A stretch of 64,000 nt of DNA, from NCBI GenBank assembly GCA_963741075.1, contig CAVUGS010000002.1:219669-283668 (forward strand), given 5' to 3'. A program made the translations under genes and the position numbers. Shown piece by piece: positions 36,441 through 51,097 of this stretch. The stretch is from an uncultured Thermoleophilia bacterium. Its GTDB lineage: Bacteria; Actinomycetota; Thermoleophilia; UBA2241. How positions within the stretch are numbered: the stretch's first letter is position 1; the number at the start of each line of letters is the position of its first letter. The notes beneath the pieces were generated by a model, which worked only from the letters and a program-made list of their open reading frames with translations, was not told the DNA's origin and did no database searches.

Positions 36441-36856
36441 GCCTAGCGTCAGCGGCTCACCGTCTTCGCCTCCGCGATCAGTTCGTTCAGGTTGGTCTAC
36501 CAAGAGTGCGGCGGTGCAGGCTAGGTCCTCGCCTACCGCAACGGTGGCGACGGCAGCCTGACCCGACATCCAGACCGTGACTTGGGCTACCGAATCCCCT
36601 TCGAAGGATCGCGGCCAACTGGCCTCAGTGCTTTGCCGTGGCGGCCTGCGGGCGCAGGCCGTCGGCTCACGGCTTGAGAGTTCGCGTGGCGGCAGAAGAC
36701 CGGCCGCCGGCACTGTGACCCCCCTCGGGGGTACTCCGGCCGGCGCCCGAATCCCACTGCCAGTGCGCTGTGATTCCCGCTCCGGGGTGACGACCTCGCG
36801 GGCCCTCGCCGCTAGTCTTCATATGCAAGCTGCGGGAGACTACGGGAGGTCAGGCC

Positions 36857-37655
36857 TTGAACGACTCAGCGCTCACTCGGTTCTTCGGCGTCGTGCGGCG
36901 CCCGGAGACCTGGCTGGGGATCCTGTTCAACTGGCTCGCCTTCCCGCTCGGCCTCTTCTACTTCGTCTTCCTGATCACCGGGTCTCGCGCTCGGCGTCGG
37001 CCTCGTGGTCGTGTGGGTCGGCATCCCGATCCTGCTCGTCGTCGCCGGCGCCTGGTGGCTGTTCGGTGCGTTCGAGCGGCTGCAGGCCCACTACCTGCTC
37101 CGCGCGAACGTCCCGCCTGCGCCGCGCGAGTGGGAGAGGGTCGAGGGCATCTGGGCGCAAGCTCAAGGCGCACTTCGGGAGCGCGGCGACCTGGAAGGAC
37201 CTGGTCTACCTGCTCGCCAAGCTTCCCTTCGGCATCGTGTCCACACGCTGCTCGTGACGGCCGGGGCGATGGTCTTCTGGTTCGTGGCGATGCCGTTCTT
37301 CTCCGTGTTCGACGTGCCGGTGATCAACGGCACATGGGTACCGCCGCTGTGGTTCGGCCTGCTCTGCCTGCCGCTCGGCATCCTCGTGTTCTTCGTGGCG
37401 CTGCACGTGCTCAACGGGTGGAGCTGGGTGTGCGCGCGATGGGCCGAGGTGATGTTCAGTGGGCCGGCGCCCCGGGCGGCCGCGCCGCCGGCGCCCGCGC
37501 CGCAGTACGCGGCGGCCCTCCGGCGCCGCCGCGGCCCCCGCCCCCCACGGCTCCCATCGCGGCGACGGCCGCGGCTGATCCGGCTGAGCCCGGCACCCGC
37601 CCCTGCGGCCCCCGCCGGGCCGGCAGATCCTGCAGACGACGAGACGACGAGCTGA
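36857..37655 (+). CDS. Membrane 'putative sensor' domain protein (indels)
   Basis: FPLGLFYFVFL, VVWVGIPIL and TWKDLVYLLAKLPFGI. Confidence 0.7.
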
Positions 37656-37684
37656 CGAAGATGACGGCTCGCGGAGGTGACCCC

Positions 37685-39128
37685 ATGAGAGACGACCGAG
37701 TCCTGAGAGTGGTCCGGCCATCGCTCGCGCTGGCCGTCCTGGCCGCCATCCTGATCGTGCTCGGCCTGGCGATCGCCGGGCCGGCGCGATGGCGGCGACC
37801 ACGTCGCCCAAGTCGAAGGCGACCAAGACGGCCAAGGCGTCGCCGACCAGGTCGGCCAAGCCGATCGCCGCGAGACCCGGCGCGATCGTGCTGCGGCGAG
37901 GATCCGAGGTGCGGTTCGGCGAGGACGTCATCGTTCTCAAGGGCACCAGCGTGCCCTCGGTCGTGGTGTTCGGCGGCGACATGCTCGTGAACGGGCGCGT
38001 GACCGATTCGGTGGTCGCGTTCGGCGGGGACGTGACGATCAACGGCACCGTCGGCGCTCGACCTGGTCGCGTTCGGCGGCGACGTGAGGCTCGGGCCCCA
38101 CGCCGTCATCGGGCAAGGACCTCGCCAGCCCAGGACGCCTCGCTGGTGCTCTTCGGCGGCGATCTGACCCAGGCGCCCGGCGCCCAGGTCAACGGCCCGA
38201 CCAAGACGATCAACGGCGTCCACTGGGGCGACGCTCTCGGCTGGGCGGCGACGAGGCATGCTCCTCAGTCCGGTGGTCGGCATAAGCTTCTTCGGCTGGG
38301 ATCGTGCAGACGGCGTTCTTCCTGGTGCTCGCGCTGGTGGCCGCGGCGCTGATGCCCAAGCAGCTCCGCGGCCTGCAGGCGCAGCTGGCGCGCACGCCCT
38401 GGGCGTCGCTCGGCTGGGGCGCGCTCGCCTTCTTCATCGCGGCGCCCGCGATCCTCGTCGTGCTGGTGATCAGCGTCATCGGGCTGCTGCTGGTGCTGCC
38501 CTACATGTTGTTCGTGCTGCTCGCGTACTTCTTCGTGACGACCGCGGTGGCCGCGTTCCTGGCGCAGAAGGTGCTCACGGGTTCGGTGGCAAGGAGAACC
38601 TCATGCTGGCCGTGACGCTCGGCGTGGTCGGGACGACGGTCGTCTCGCGGATCCCGGTCATCGGGCCGCTGCTCCTCATGTGCCATGATGGTGTTCGGCA
38701 TCGGCGCCGCGATCCTCGGCGTGGCCGAGTGGCGGCGCGGCGGCGCGAGGCGGCGGCGGCGCAGGCGGCGGCGAACGCCGCGGCCGCGGCCGGCGTCCCG
38801 TCGGCGCCGCCGGGCGCCGCGCCGGCGCCACGGCGCGTCGCCGTCATCACGCCGATCGTGCAGACGTCGCCGCCGCCGCAGCAGGACGCCGCAGGCCGCG
38901 CAGGCCGGCGCCGCGCAGGCCGCGGCGATCGCCGCAGTCCGCGGAGCCGCCGCCGGCGCTCGCAAGCGGCCGAGCCGCCAGGCGCACAGCGCCGGTCGAG
39001 GCGCCGGCAGCGCCCACCGGCTGACGCCGCAGCGCCGCGACGCCGGCCGCCCCGAGCCGCCGTCGCCCGCGCCGCCGGAGCCGGCGCCCGGGCGGAGCGA
39101 GCGCAGCCCCGGATCGCGAGGGACGTGA
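37685..39128 (+). CDS. Membrane protein with beta-solenoid (VVxFGGD) repeats and an Ala/Pro-rich tail (indels)
   Basis: Signal peptide, repeated VVVFGGD/VVAFGGD/LVLFGGD, then several TM segments. Confidence 0.65.
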
Positions 39129-39274
39129 GGCCTCCAGAGGCCGGTGACCTCGGGCGGCGGGTTCAAGCCGGCCGCCGGCGAGGCATAACAGACAGCAGCG
39201 GACGGTGGGCCGCGCCGGGAGGCGCGGCCCACCACGCGCCGTCATAGGCGGCGGCGACGACCAAGGGGGAAGAC

Positions 39275-40088
39275 GTGAGCGACAACATCGACGCGACGAT
39301 CGTGCAAGACGGGACCAGCGCCGGCCACCTGCGAGGCGGAGAGGACGGTCGGCCTCGGCGGACGCCGTCGTCCAGGCGCGCGGCGTCGAGCGCGACTACG
39401 GCCAGGGCGACGCGCTCGTGCGTGCGCTGGCCGGCGTCGACCTCGACCTCCAGCGCGGCGCCTACACGGCGATCATGGGGCCGTCCGGGTCCGGCAAGTC
39501 GACGCTGATGCACATCCTCGCCGGCCTCGACAGGCCCACGGCCGGCAACGTCGTGGATCGACGGCCAGGAGATCACCACGCTCAAGGAGCGCGCGCTCAC
39601 GCAGCTGCGGCGCGACAAGATCGGCTTCATCTTCCAGACCTTCAACCTGCTGCCGACGCTGACGGCGGCGGAGAACATCATGCTGCCGCTGACCATCGCC
39701 GGGCGCAAGGGCGACGACGGCTGGATCGACCGAGCTCATCGAGACCGTCGGGCTCGGCGACCGGCTGACGCACAAGCCGTCCGAGCTCAGCGGCGGGCAG
39801 CAGCAGCGCGTGGCCGTCGCCCGCGCGCTGGCCTCCCGGCCCGCCGTGCTCTTCGCCGACGAGCCCACCGGCAACCTCGACTCGCGCACCGGGGAGGAGG
39901 TCCTGCAGCTCCTCCGGCACTCGCGCGACGACCTCGGCCAGACCATCGTCATGGTCACCCACGACGCGCACGCGGCCACCTACGCCGACCGCATCGTCTT
40001 CCTCAAGGACGGCGCCATCGCCCACGACTGCGGCCGGCTCGGCCGCGACGACATCTACGACGTCATCAAGTCGCTCGAGGACGCCTGA
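39275..40088 (+). CDS. ABC transporter ATP-binding protein, LolD/MacB type (indels)
   Basis: [25 protein letters not shown] and MVTHD. Confidence 0.92.
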
Positions 40089-42660
40089 TGCTCCGGATCG
40101 CCTGGCGCAGCCTCACGGCGCACAAGCTGCGGACCTTCCTGACGACGCTCGCCATCCTCCTCGGCGTGGCGATGATCAGCGGCACCTACGTGCTCACCGA
40201 CCAGATCGACAAGGGCTTCAAGCAGATCTTCACCGACGCCTACAAGGGCATCGACGTCACGGTGACGCGCAAGACGGCGTTCACCGGGCGAGATGTCCGG
40301 CGCGACCGCCGGGCTGCCGGAGTCGATGGTCGGCCAGGTGAAGGCCGTGGACGGCGTGGCCGACCGCCGTACGGCTACGTCGCCGGCAGCGGGCGCCGTG
40401 GCCGTCGACGGCAAGGTGGTGGGCACCGGCGGCTCGCCGACGCTGTTCTTCTCGTACTCGCCCCAGCGAAGTGAGCCCACCACGTTACGTCGAGGGCGGC
40501 CCGCCGAGCGCGCCCGGCGAGGTCGGCATCATCCAGAAGCTCGCCAAGGACAAGGACCTCGGCGTCGGCTCGACGCATCGACGGTCATCACGCCAGGCGG
40601 CTCGCGAGCAGGCCACGGTCTCGGCGTGTTCACCTTCGGCGGCGAGTCGTCGCTCGGCGGCTCGCATCCTCATCGACACGACGCTGCCCGACGCGCAGCG
40701 CTGGTTCGACATGCAGGGCAGCGTCTCCGAGATCGACGTCCACGGCCGTGGCCGGCGTGTCCGCCGGACGACGCTGGCGGCGCGCGTCCGCGCGGCGCTG
40801 CCCGCGACGCCGACGTCAAGACCGGCGCCCAGGCGGCCGCCGACCAGACCAAGCAGATCAGCGACGCGATCGGCGGCTTCCTGCAGGCCGGTGCTGCTGG
40901 CCTTCGGCGGCATCGCCGTGCTGGTCGGCGCCTTCATCATCTTCAACGCCTTCTCGATGACGGTGGCGCAGCGGCGCCGCGAGTTCGCCATGCTGCGCGC
41001 GCTCGGGCGCGTCGCGCCGCCAGGTGCTCGCCAGCGTCGCCGGCGAGGCCCTGGTCGATGGGCGTGCTGGCGTCGCTGCTCGGCATCGCTCGCCGGCCTC
41101 GGCGTCGCCGCCGGCGATCATCCGGCTGTTCCGGCGGTCAACATCGACATCCCGCACAGCGGCCTCGTGCTCGCGCCGCGGACGATCGTCGTCGCCCTGG
41201 CCGTCGGCATCCTCGTGACGCTGCTGTCGGCGGTCGATCCCGGCGCCGCGCGCGACGCGCGTGCCGCCGATGGCGGCGCTGCAGGAGGGCGCGGCGCTGC
41301 CGCCGTCGCGGTTCGCGCGCTTCACGCCGTTCGTCGGCCGCCGGCGTGGCCATCCTCGGCGCGCTGTTCATCGTCGCCGGCATGTACGGCCCCGGCGGCA
41401 CGACGACGCAGCGGCTGGGCACCATCGCCCTCGGCGCCGTGCTCGTCTTCGTCGCCGTGGCCATGGTCAGCCGCTACCTCATCCGCCCGATCGCGGGCGG
41501 GCTGGGCTGGCCGCTGCAGAAGTTCTCGCCGGTCAGCGGCCGGCTCGCGCGCGACAACAGCATCCGCAATCCCGGGGCGCACGGCGGCGACGGCGTCGGC
41601 GCTGATGATCGGCCTCGGCGTGGTCGTGTTCGTGGCCGTGTTCGCCCAGGGGCTCAAGAGCTCGTTCATCGACGGCATCGACCGCATGGTGCGCGCCGAC
41701 TACATCGTGCAGGGCCAGAACTTCATGCCGCTCCCGAACGACGTGGTGGGCAAGCTGCAGGCCGTGGCGGCGTCCAGGGCGTCTCCGGCCTGGACATCCA
41801 GCAGGTGCAGGTCGACAAGAAGCTGACCGCGGTGAACGCGCGTCGATCCCGGCGCACGTTCGGGCCGCTGTGGCAGCTTCGACTGGCTGGGCGGCGGCAG
41901 CGACGCGCTGCTCAGGAGCTGGGGACCGCCAAGGCGCTGCGTCGAGCAGCAGACCGCGTCGACGCTCGGGCTGAAGACCGGCCAGAAGTTCACCATGACG
42001 ACGGTCGACGGCAAGCAGGCCACGTTCACGGTCCGGGGAGTACAAGGGACCCGATGCTGCTGAACGGCATCGTGATCGCGAGCGGCGCGCTACGCCCGTG
42101 TGTTCCCGCAGCCGCAGCTCTTCATGGTGTTCGTCGAGGGGGACGCCGGGGCCGGCGGCGACGCAGCAGACTCGCGGCCCTCAAGACGGCCCTCAAGGAC
42201 GTGCCGACGGCGAAGGTGCAGACCGTCGCGCAGTACAAGGACTCCGTCGTCAAGCAGGTCAACCAGCTGCTCAACCTCCTGTACGGTCTGCTGGCGATGA
42301 GCGTGATCATCTCGCTGTTCGGCATCGTCAACACGCTGGTGCTGGCGGTGTTCGAGCGGACGCGTGAGATCGGCCTGACGCGCGCCATCGGGATGTCGCG
42401 CCGCCAGGTGCGGCGCCACGGTGCGCTACGAGAGCGTCATCACCTCGATCATCGGCGCGATCATGGGCATCGTCGTCGGCATCGTCTTCGCCTGGGTGGT
42501 CACGACGCGGTTCGCCGGGCAGGGGATCACGTTCTCGATCCCCGGCGCCCAGCTCGTCTTCTTCCTGATCCTGGCGGTGATCGTCGGGGTGATCGCCGCC
42601 ATCCTGCCGGCGTGGCGGGCGGCGAGGATCGACATCCTCGAGGCGATCCACTACGAGTGA
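40088..42660 (+). CDS. FtsX-like ABC permease (many indels)
   Basis: [40 protein letters not shown] and [14 protein letters not shown]. Confidence 0.88.
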
Positions 42661-42761
42661 GGGCGGGCGCGCCGGCGAGAGCGGCGCGCGCGCCCGAGGG
42701 TCAGACCGGCCGGTGCTCGGGTATCATCTCCGGGCACCGGCCGGCCCGTCCTGGAGGGACC

Positions 42762-45479
<2,718 letters not shown>

Positions 45480-45492
45480 GGGACGCAGAAGT

Positions 45493-46630
45493 GTGAGCGC
45501 AGGTGACGACGCCGTCGTTCGAGCAGGACCGATCCGGCCGCCCAGCGAGGCGCACAGCCTGCTCGTGCGCGTGATCCGCAACTGCACCTGGAACCGCTGC
45601 ACGTTCTGCCCGGTGTACAAGGGGACGAAGTCGTCGCTGCGGCCGGTGGAGGACGTGCTCGCCGACGTCGACGCGATGGCGGAGGCCGCCGAGGTGCTGC
45701 GCCGCCGCGGCGTCGCCGCCGTGCGCGAGGGCCTGGTGCCGCAGGAGGCGTACCAGGTGTCGCTGTTCCTCGGCGACGGGGCGCGCACGGTCTTCCTGCA
45801 GGACGCGGACCCGTGCGCGGTCAAGCCGGAGAAGCTCGCGGCGGTGATCCGCCGGGTCCGCGAGCGCTTCCCGACGGTCGAGCGCGTGACCACGTACGGG
45901 CGCGCGAGCACGCTGGCGCGGCGCGCGCCCGAGGACCTCGCGCTGCTGGCCGAGGCCGGGCTCACCCGGGTGCACCTCGGCCTCGAGTCGGGCGCGGACG
46001 AGGTGCTGATGGCGATCGACAAGGGCTGCAGCAGCGGCGACCTCATCGCGGCGGGGGAGAAGGTGCTGGGCGCCGGCCTCGAGCTGTGCTTCTACCTGAT
46101 GCCGGGGCTGGGCGGGCGCGCGGCCGCCGCCGCGCACGTCGCGGGCTCCGCCCGCGTGATCCGCGCGGTGGCGCCGGCCGCGCCCGCCGGCAACCCGCTG
46201 GTCGTGCGCCTGCGCACCGCCGCCGTCGTGCCGAGCACGCCGCTCGGCGCGCGCGAGGCGGCGGGCGAGTTCGTGCTGCCCGACGACGTGGAGGTGGCGC
46301 AGGAGCTGCGCGACCTGCTCGAGCAGGTCGGGCGACGCGCGCTTCGAGCTGCGCTCCGACCACATGCTGAACCTGCTGCAGGAGCTCGAGGGGTCGCTGC
46401 CGCGCGACCGCGAGCGCCTCATCGCGCTGCTCGACGAGTACCTCGGCTGGCCGCGCGACGACCAGGCGCGCTTCGCCGTCGGCGTGCGGCTCGGCGTCTT
46501 CCGGCGCCTCGCCGACTACGACGACCCGGCGCGCCGCCGCGCCCTCGACCGGCAGTTCGACGGGTACGAGCAGCCGAGCGCCGACGAGCTGCTGCAGGCC
46601 GCGTCGGCGCTCCGCTCCCGCTACATCTGA
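45493..46630 (+). CDS. Radical SAM protein (one indel)
   Basis: CTWNRCTFC cluster motif and HLGLESG. Confidence 0.88.
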
Positions 46631-46659
46631 GCCGCGGCGGCCGCCGGCCGCCGCTGGCG

Positions 46660-47334
46660 GTCGGCCCGCCTCGCCGCCCGAGGTCGCCCGTCAGGTACCG
46701 CTGCACGGTCGGCCCGATCGCCGCCACCAGCTCGTCGATGGTCGCCGAGGCCAGCGGCTCGATGCGGCCGATGTAGCGCATCACCGCGAGGCCGACGAAC
46801 TGCGAGCCGACGAGCGTCGCGCGCAGCTGCGCGTCGGGCACGCCGAGCACCTCGGTGATGGGCCCGAAGACCTCGCGCGCGAGCAGGTCGCGGATCATGC
46901 CCATGGCCGCCTCGTTGGTCATCGCCGAGCGCAGCATGGCCATGAGGCGCACGCGCGTCTCCGGCGGCTCCCAGGCCTCGAGGAAGGTGCGGACGACCGT
47001 CGCCCCGAGCTGGTCCGGTCCCGCGGCCATGCCGCGGGCGAAGACCTCGCCCGGCGGAGCGGCAGCTCGAGCGCCTCGGCGAACAGCGCCTCCTTGGAGC
47101 CGAAGTAGTGGATGACGAGGGCGGGGTCGACCGCCGCGCGCGCGGCGATGTCGCGGATGGTCGCGCGGTCGTAGCCGTGCTCGGCGAACGCCGCGCGGGC
47201 GGCCTCGAGGATGCCGTCGCGCGTGGAGCTCTCGCCGGGGCGGCGGCCGCTGCGGCGGCCGCCGCCCGCCTGGGGCTCCGTCGACGCCGGCGCGGCGCCC
47301 GGCGGCTGCGTCCTGTCCGGGCGTCCGCGCTCAT
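46660..47334 (-). CDS. TetR family regulator (3' end approximate)
   Basis: GYDRATIRDIAARAAVDPALVIHYFGSKE; the ATG overlaps the MFS stop codon. Confidence 0.85.
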
Positions 47335-49082
47335 TCGTCCATCATCGGCTCGCCGGCCTCGGCCGCCTCGGCGCGGCCGGCCGCCTCCTGCCGCTCCGCG
47401 CGCGTCATCTCCTCGTGGCCCTCGTGCTCGCCGAGCCGGCGGCCGGTGATGCAGCGCGGGGATGATGGCGATCAGCGCCGCCAGCGCCGCCGCGTAGAAC
47501 GGCCACGTGAACGACTCGGCGATGTCGTCGCGGTAGATCGCGGCCACGAGCGTGTTGAGCTTCTCGAACGCGGCCGGGGACGAGCCGGGCGGCTGCGGGG
47601 CGCCCTGCAGCGGATCGGTGGTCATCTTGGCCGCGCCGCCGCCGCTGCCGGCCGCGGCCTTGGCGTTCTTGATCAGCGTCGCCGTGTAGGCGCCCTTCTG
47701 CGCGGCGCGGGCTGCGGGACGGTCTTCGCGATCACCGCGACCGACGTCTTGCGTCGCGTGCTGCGCGTTCTGCGCGACCGTGTGCGTGAAGACGGCGACG
47801 AGCAGGGCCACGCCGACGGTGAAGCCGACCTGGCGCATGGTGTTGAGCGAGCCGGAGCCGACGCCGCGCACCTGCGGCGGCAGCGAGGCCATGGAGGCGG
47901 CCGAGAGGGTCGGCATGGCGAGCCCCATGCCGACGCCGATGAAGGCGGCCCGCCACATCACGTCCCAGAGCGTGCGTGTCGCCGCCGAGCTGCGCCAGCA
48001 GCGCGAGGCCGACGGCGAAGCACGCCGCGCCGGCCGCGGCCGGGAAGCGGGGGCCGATGCGGTCGTTCAGGCGGCCGGCGTTGGGCGCCACGATCAGCGC
48101 GACCACCGGCATGATCGTCAGCGCCATGGCGGCGCGCAGCTCGGAGTAGCCGAGCACGGAGACCAGGAAGAGCACGAGCATCAGGAACGTGCCCGCCCAT
48201 CGCCAGGCCGACGAACATGACGGCGGTGTTGGCGGCCGTGAACGAGCGGATGCGCAGCAGGTTGACGGGGAACATCGGCGACGAGGTGTGAGGTCTCCCA
48301 CCACATGAACAGCGGGAAGCTCACGACCGCGACGACGAACAGCGCGATGATGGTCGCCGAGGTCCAGCCCCACGCGTCGCCCTCGACGAGCGCGAGCGTG
48401 AGGCAGAAGAGGCCGACGCCGGAGATGAGCATGCCGGGGATGTCGATGCCGCCCTCGAGCCTTCGCCTTGCGCTCGCCCCGCGGGATGACGAGCGCGCAG
48501 ACGATGACGGCGACGATGCCGATCGGGCACGTTGACGAAGAAGATCCACGACCAGTGGCCGTAGGTCACGAGCACGCCGCCGAGCATGGGGCCGACGGCC
48601 GCGGCGGCCGTGCCCAGCGCGCCCCAGATGCCGACGGCCGTGCCCTGCTGGCGCCTGGGGAAGGCGCCCAGCACGATCGCCAGCGAGATCGTGAGCAGCG
48701 CCGCGCCGCCGAGGCCCTGGCCGGCGCGGAAGGCGATCAGCCACTCGATGTTCGGCGCGAAGCCGCAGAGCAGCGAGAAGAGCGTGAACGTCACGAGGCC
48801 GAAGATGAAGACGCGCTTCTGCCCGTAGCGGTCGGCGACGCGGCCCATGGAGAGGAAGAAGACGGCCAGCACCAGGCTGTAGGCGTTGAGCACCCACGAG
48901 GCCTGGCTGACGGTCGCGTGCAGGTCGGTGATGATGGCCGGCATCGCGATGTTGACGATGGTGACGTCGAGCAGCGCCATGAACATGCCGAAGCTGACGG
49001 CGACGAGGATCCACCACTTGCGCGGGTGGCCCTGGTCGGCGGTCGGGGGACCGCCGGGGGCGGCGAGGACGGGGTCGGTCAC
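47331..49082 (-). CDS. MFS DHA2 (EmrB/QacA) efflux transporter (indels)
   Basis: LDVTIVNIAMP, WVLNAYSL, GRVADRYG and WIFFVNVP. Confidence 0.9.
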
Positions 49083-49192
49083 TGGGTGGTCCTTTCGGGA
49101 TCTCGGCGTGACGTCCTGCCGCGCGAGCGCGAGGCGGACGAAGGTCCTTGAAGGTGGCGCGACCTGGCCTCGCTGATCGTCGGCGTCGCCGG

Positions 49193-49224
49193 TTCAACGG
49201 CTGTTGAGTTCATCACGCGTTGAA
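49193..49224. promoter_or_regulatory. Tandem putative TetR operators TTCAWC-N4-GTTGAR
   Basis: TTCAACGGCTGTTGAG immediately followed by TTCATCACGCGTTGAA, upstream of the MFS-tetR operon. Confidence 0.6.
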
Positions 49225-49539
49225 GGCCGCGTCAAGCCGTACGTGTGCGGTCCGCGCGATGCTGGCTCGGGCGTTCTCTCACCTTCGACGTGACGTCGAG
49301 GGTAACGAAGGTCTGCCGAATCCACCGTGACTCGAGCTCGACACTGCCGAAGCGGCGCAACTGAGCCGATGACGCTTCCGAATCCGTCACGTCGCGGCGC
49401 GCGTCGCGAATCCTGCGCTTGAGCCGTGCGTGCTGAGTGCTAGGTTTCGACCCTGCCCTGTCCGCCGGCCTGACACCGGCGCGGCGGGACCAGAAGCGAG
49501 CGGTCGTGCCGCTTGCCTCTCGAGGAGGCGCACTGCACG

Positions 49540-50538
49540 ATGCCACCCGATACGTCGTCTGGCGCTGGCCGCCCTGCTGGCGCTGTGCGTGACGGCGCGC
49601 GGTCGTGCCTGCACAGCGGCGCCCGCGGGCGCGCGCCGGCGGCGCTCCAGCGAGAACCGCGACCAAGGCGCGCGCCCTCGCCGCCGAGATCTCGCTCGCT
49701 CGATGCGCCAGATCGGCTCCGCCGTCACGCGGTACTCTCGCGCGACGCGTGCGCTCGAGGCGGTGCGCCGGCAGATCACGGACAACGAGCGGCTGCAGCG
49801 TCTCGCGTACAAGGAGCTCGGCCTCGCCCGCGCCACGCTCGCTGCGCGGGCCGTCGCCATGTACAAGCACGACGACGTCACCCCGATGGACGCCGTGTTC
49901 GGCGCCGCCGACTTCGAGCGAGCTGGTCACGCAGCTCACCATGGTGCGCACCATCGCCCGGTCCGACCGGGACATCGTGCGCACCATCGAGACCACCAAG
50001 CGGGAGCTCACCGACCGGGCGGCAGACGCTCGCGGCCGACGAGCGCACGGCGGAGAAGCTCGTCGGCACCTGCAAGACCGAGCTCGCCACCATCCGCGCG
50101 CGCCTCGACGAGCGGCGCGCGGCCCTGGCCGGCGTGCGCTCGGACATCCGCCGCCTCGCCGCCGCGGCGCCGAAGGCGTCGCCCGATCCCGCGCCGACCG
50201 TCGAGCCGCCGCAGCCGGGGGCGGCGGCGGCGGCGGCTCCGGGCCCGTGGTGGTCGCTCATCCAGGGCGCGGCCGCGAGCAACGGCGTCAGCGCCCGCGG
50301 CATGTACCGTCTCATGATGATCGAGTCCGGCGGCTCCGCCACCGTCGTCGGGCCCGGCGGCTACTACGGGCTCTTCCAGTACGCTCCGAGCACCTGGAAG
50401 GGCAGCTGGAACCCCTGGCGGTCGTCGAGCATCACCGACGGCGCGGCCCAGATCAAGGCCACGGCGCTCGCCATCCGCCAGGGCTACGGGCACGCCTGGT
50501 GGGACCCCTCCTACACCTGGGCGTTCGAGGGCGACTGA
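49540..50538 (+). CDS. Secreted coiled-coil protein with C-terminal lysozyme-like transglycosylase domain (indels)
   Basis: Signal peptide, CwlO-like coiled coil and IESGG...YYGLFQY. Confidence 0.75.
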   Translation: MPPDTSSGAGRPAGAVRDGARSCLHSGARGRAPAALQREPRPRRAPSPPRSRSLDAPDRLRRHAVLSRDACARGGAPADHGQRAAAASRVQGARPRPRHARCAGRRHVQARRRHPDGRRVRRRRLRASWSRSSPWCAPSPGPTGTSCAPSRPPSGSSPTGRQTLAADERTAEKLVGTCKTELATIRARLDERRAALAGVRSDIRRLAAAAPKASPDPAPTVEPPQPGAAAAAAPGPWWSLIQGAAASNGVSARGMYRLMMIESGGSATVVGPGGYYGLFQYAPSTWKGSWNPWRSSSITDGAAQIKATALAIRQGYGHAWWDPSYTWAFEGD

Positions 50539-50666
50539 GCTGCGCGCGGGCTCGCCGGCGTGCGCTCGGCGCAGCTGAATCCCCTGCACACGCTGATCCG
50601 CTCCGCACGTGCGCCGCGCTTCCGCCGACCGCGTCGCCGCGTCGCGTCCGCGCCGCACGATCGGGG

Positions 50667-50732
50667 TTGACGGCGCGCCAGCATCCGTTAGACTTCGTTC
50701 GGTATTGCTCGAAAGTGCTCGGATTCGTGCGA
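50667..50732 (+). promoter_or_regulatory. Promoter with four 10-bp-phased repeats (putative DeoR operator)
   Basis: TTGACG-16-TAGACT, then CGTTCGG, TGCTCGA, TGCTCGG and CGTGCGA at 50696, 50706, 50716 and 50726. Confidence 0.6.
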
Positions 50733-51010
50733 ATCGGCTCCGGGCGACGTCGGACCACGGACCTCGAGCCGACCCTGTGCAGGCACGGGGGCGGCCGGGC
50801 GTCGTAGGATGCGAACAGTGGGAGCCTCCGGCGCAGGAAGGTAATAGTGGGCAGTTCAACGCCCGGCCGTCAGGTCTCTCCAAGCCGTCCGGAAGCGCGC
50901 CGGACGGCTGCGCGCCGCCTCCGCCTGCGCTCATCGCACACGCCGGTGCGTCGCCTCGCGCTGGCGGCCCCTCGACCAGTGCGGCGTCTCGCTGCCGCAC
51001 GCCTCGACGC

Positions 51011-51056
51011 TTGACACTGGGTCGGGCGCGTCTAAGATGTGTTCGACTTTGTTCGG
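51011..51056 (+). promoter_or_regulatory. deoR promoter with TGTTCG direct repeats
   Basis: TTGACA-16-TAAGAT, then TGTTCGA and TGTTCGG 10 bp apart. Confidence 0.65.
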
Positions 51057-51097
51057 TCTTGCCGGGCCGAGAGGCGCTACGTACTGGGGGAACCGCT

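Noticed and set aside
28471-36800. Integrative element or prophage at the tmRNA 3' end
   Set aside because: No integrase, phage genes or duplicated tmRNA 3' end was seen.
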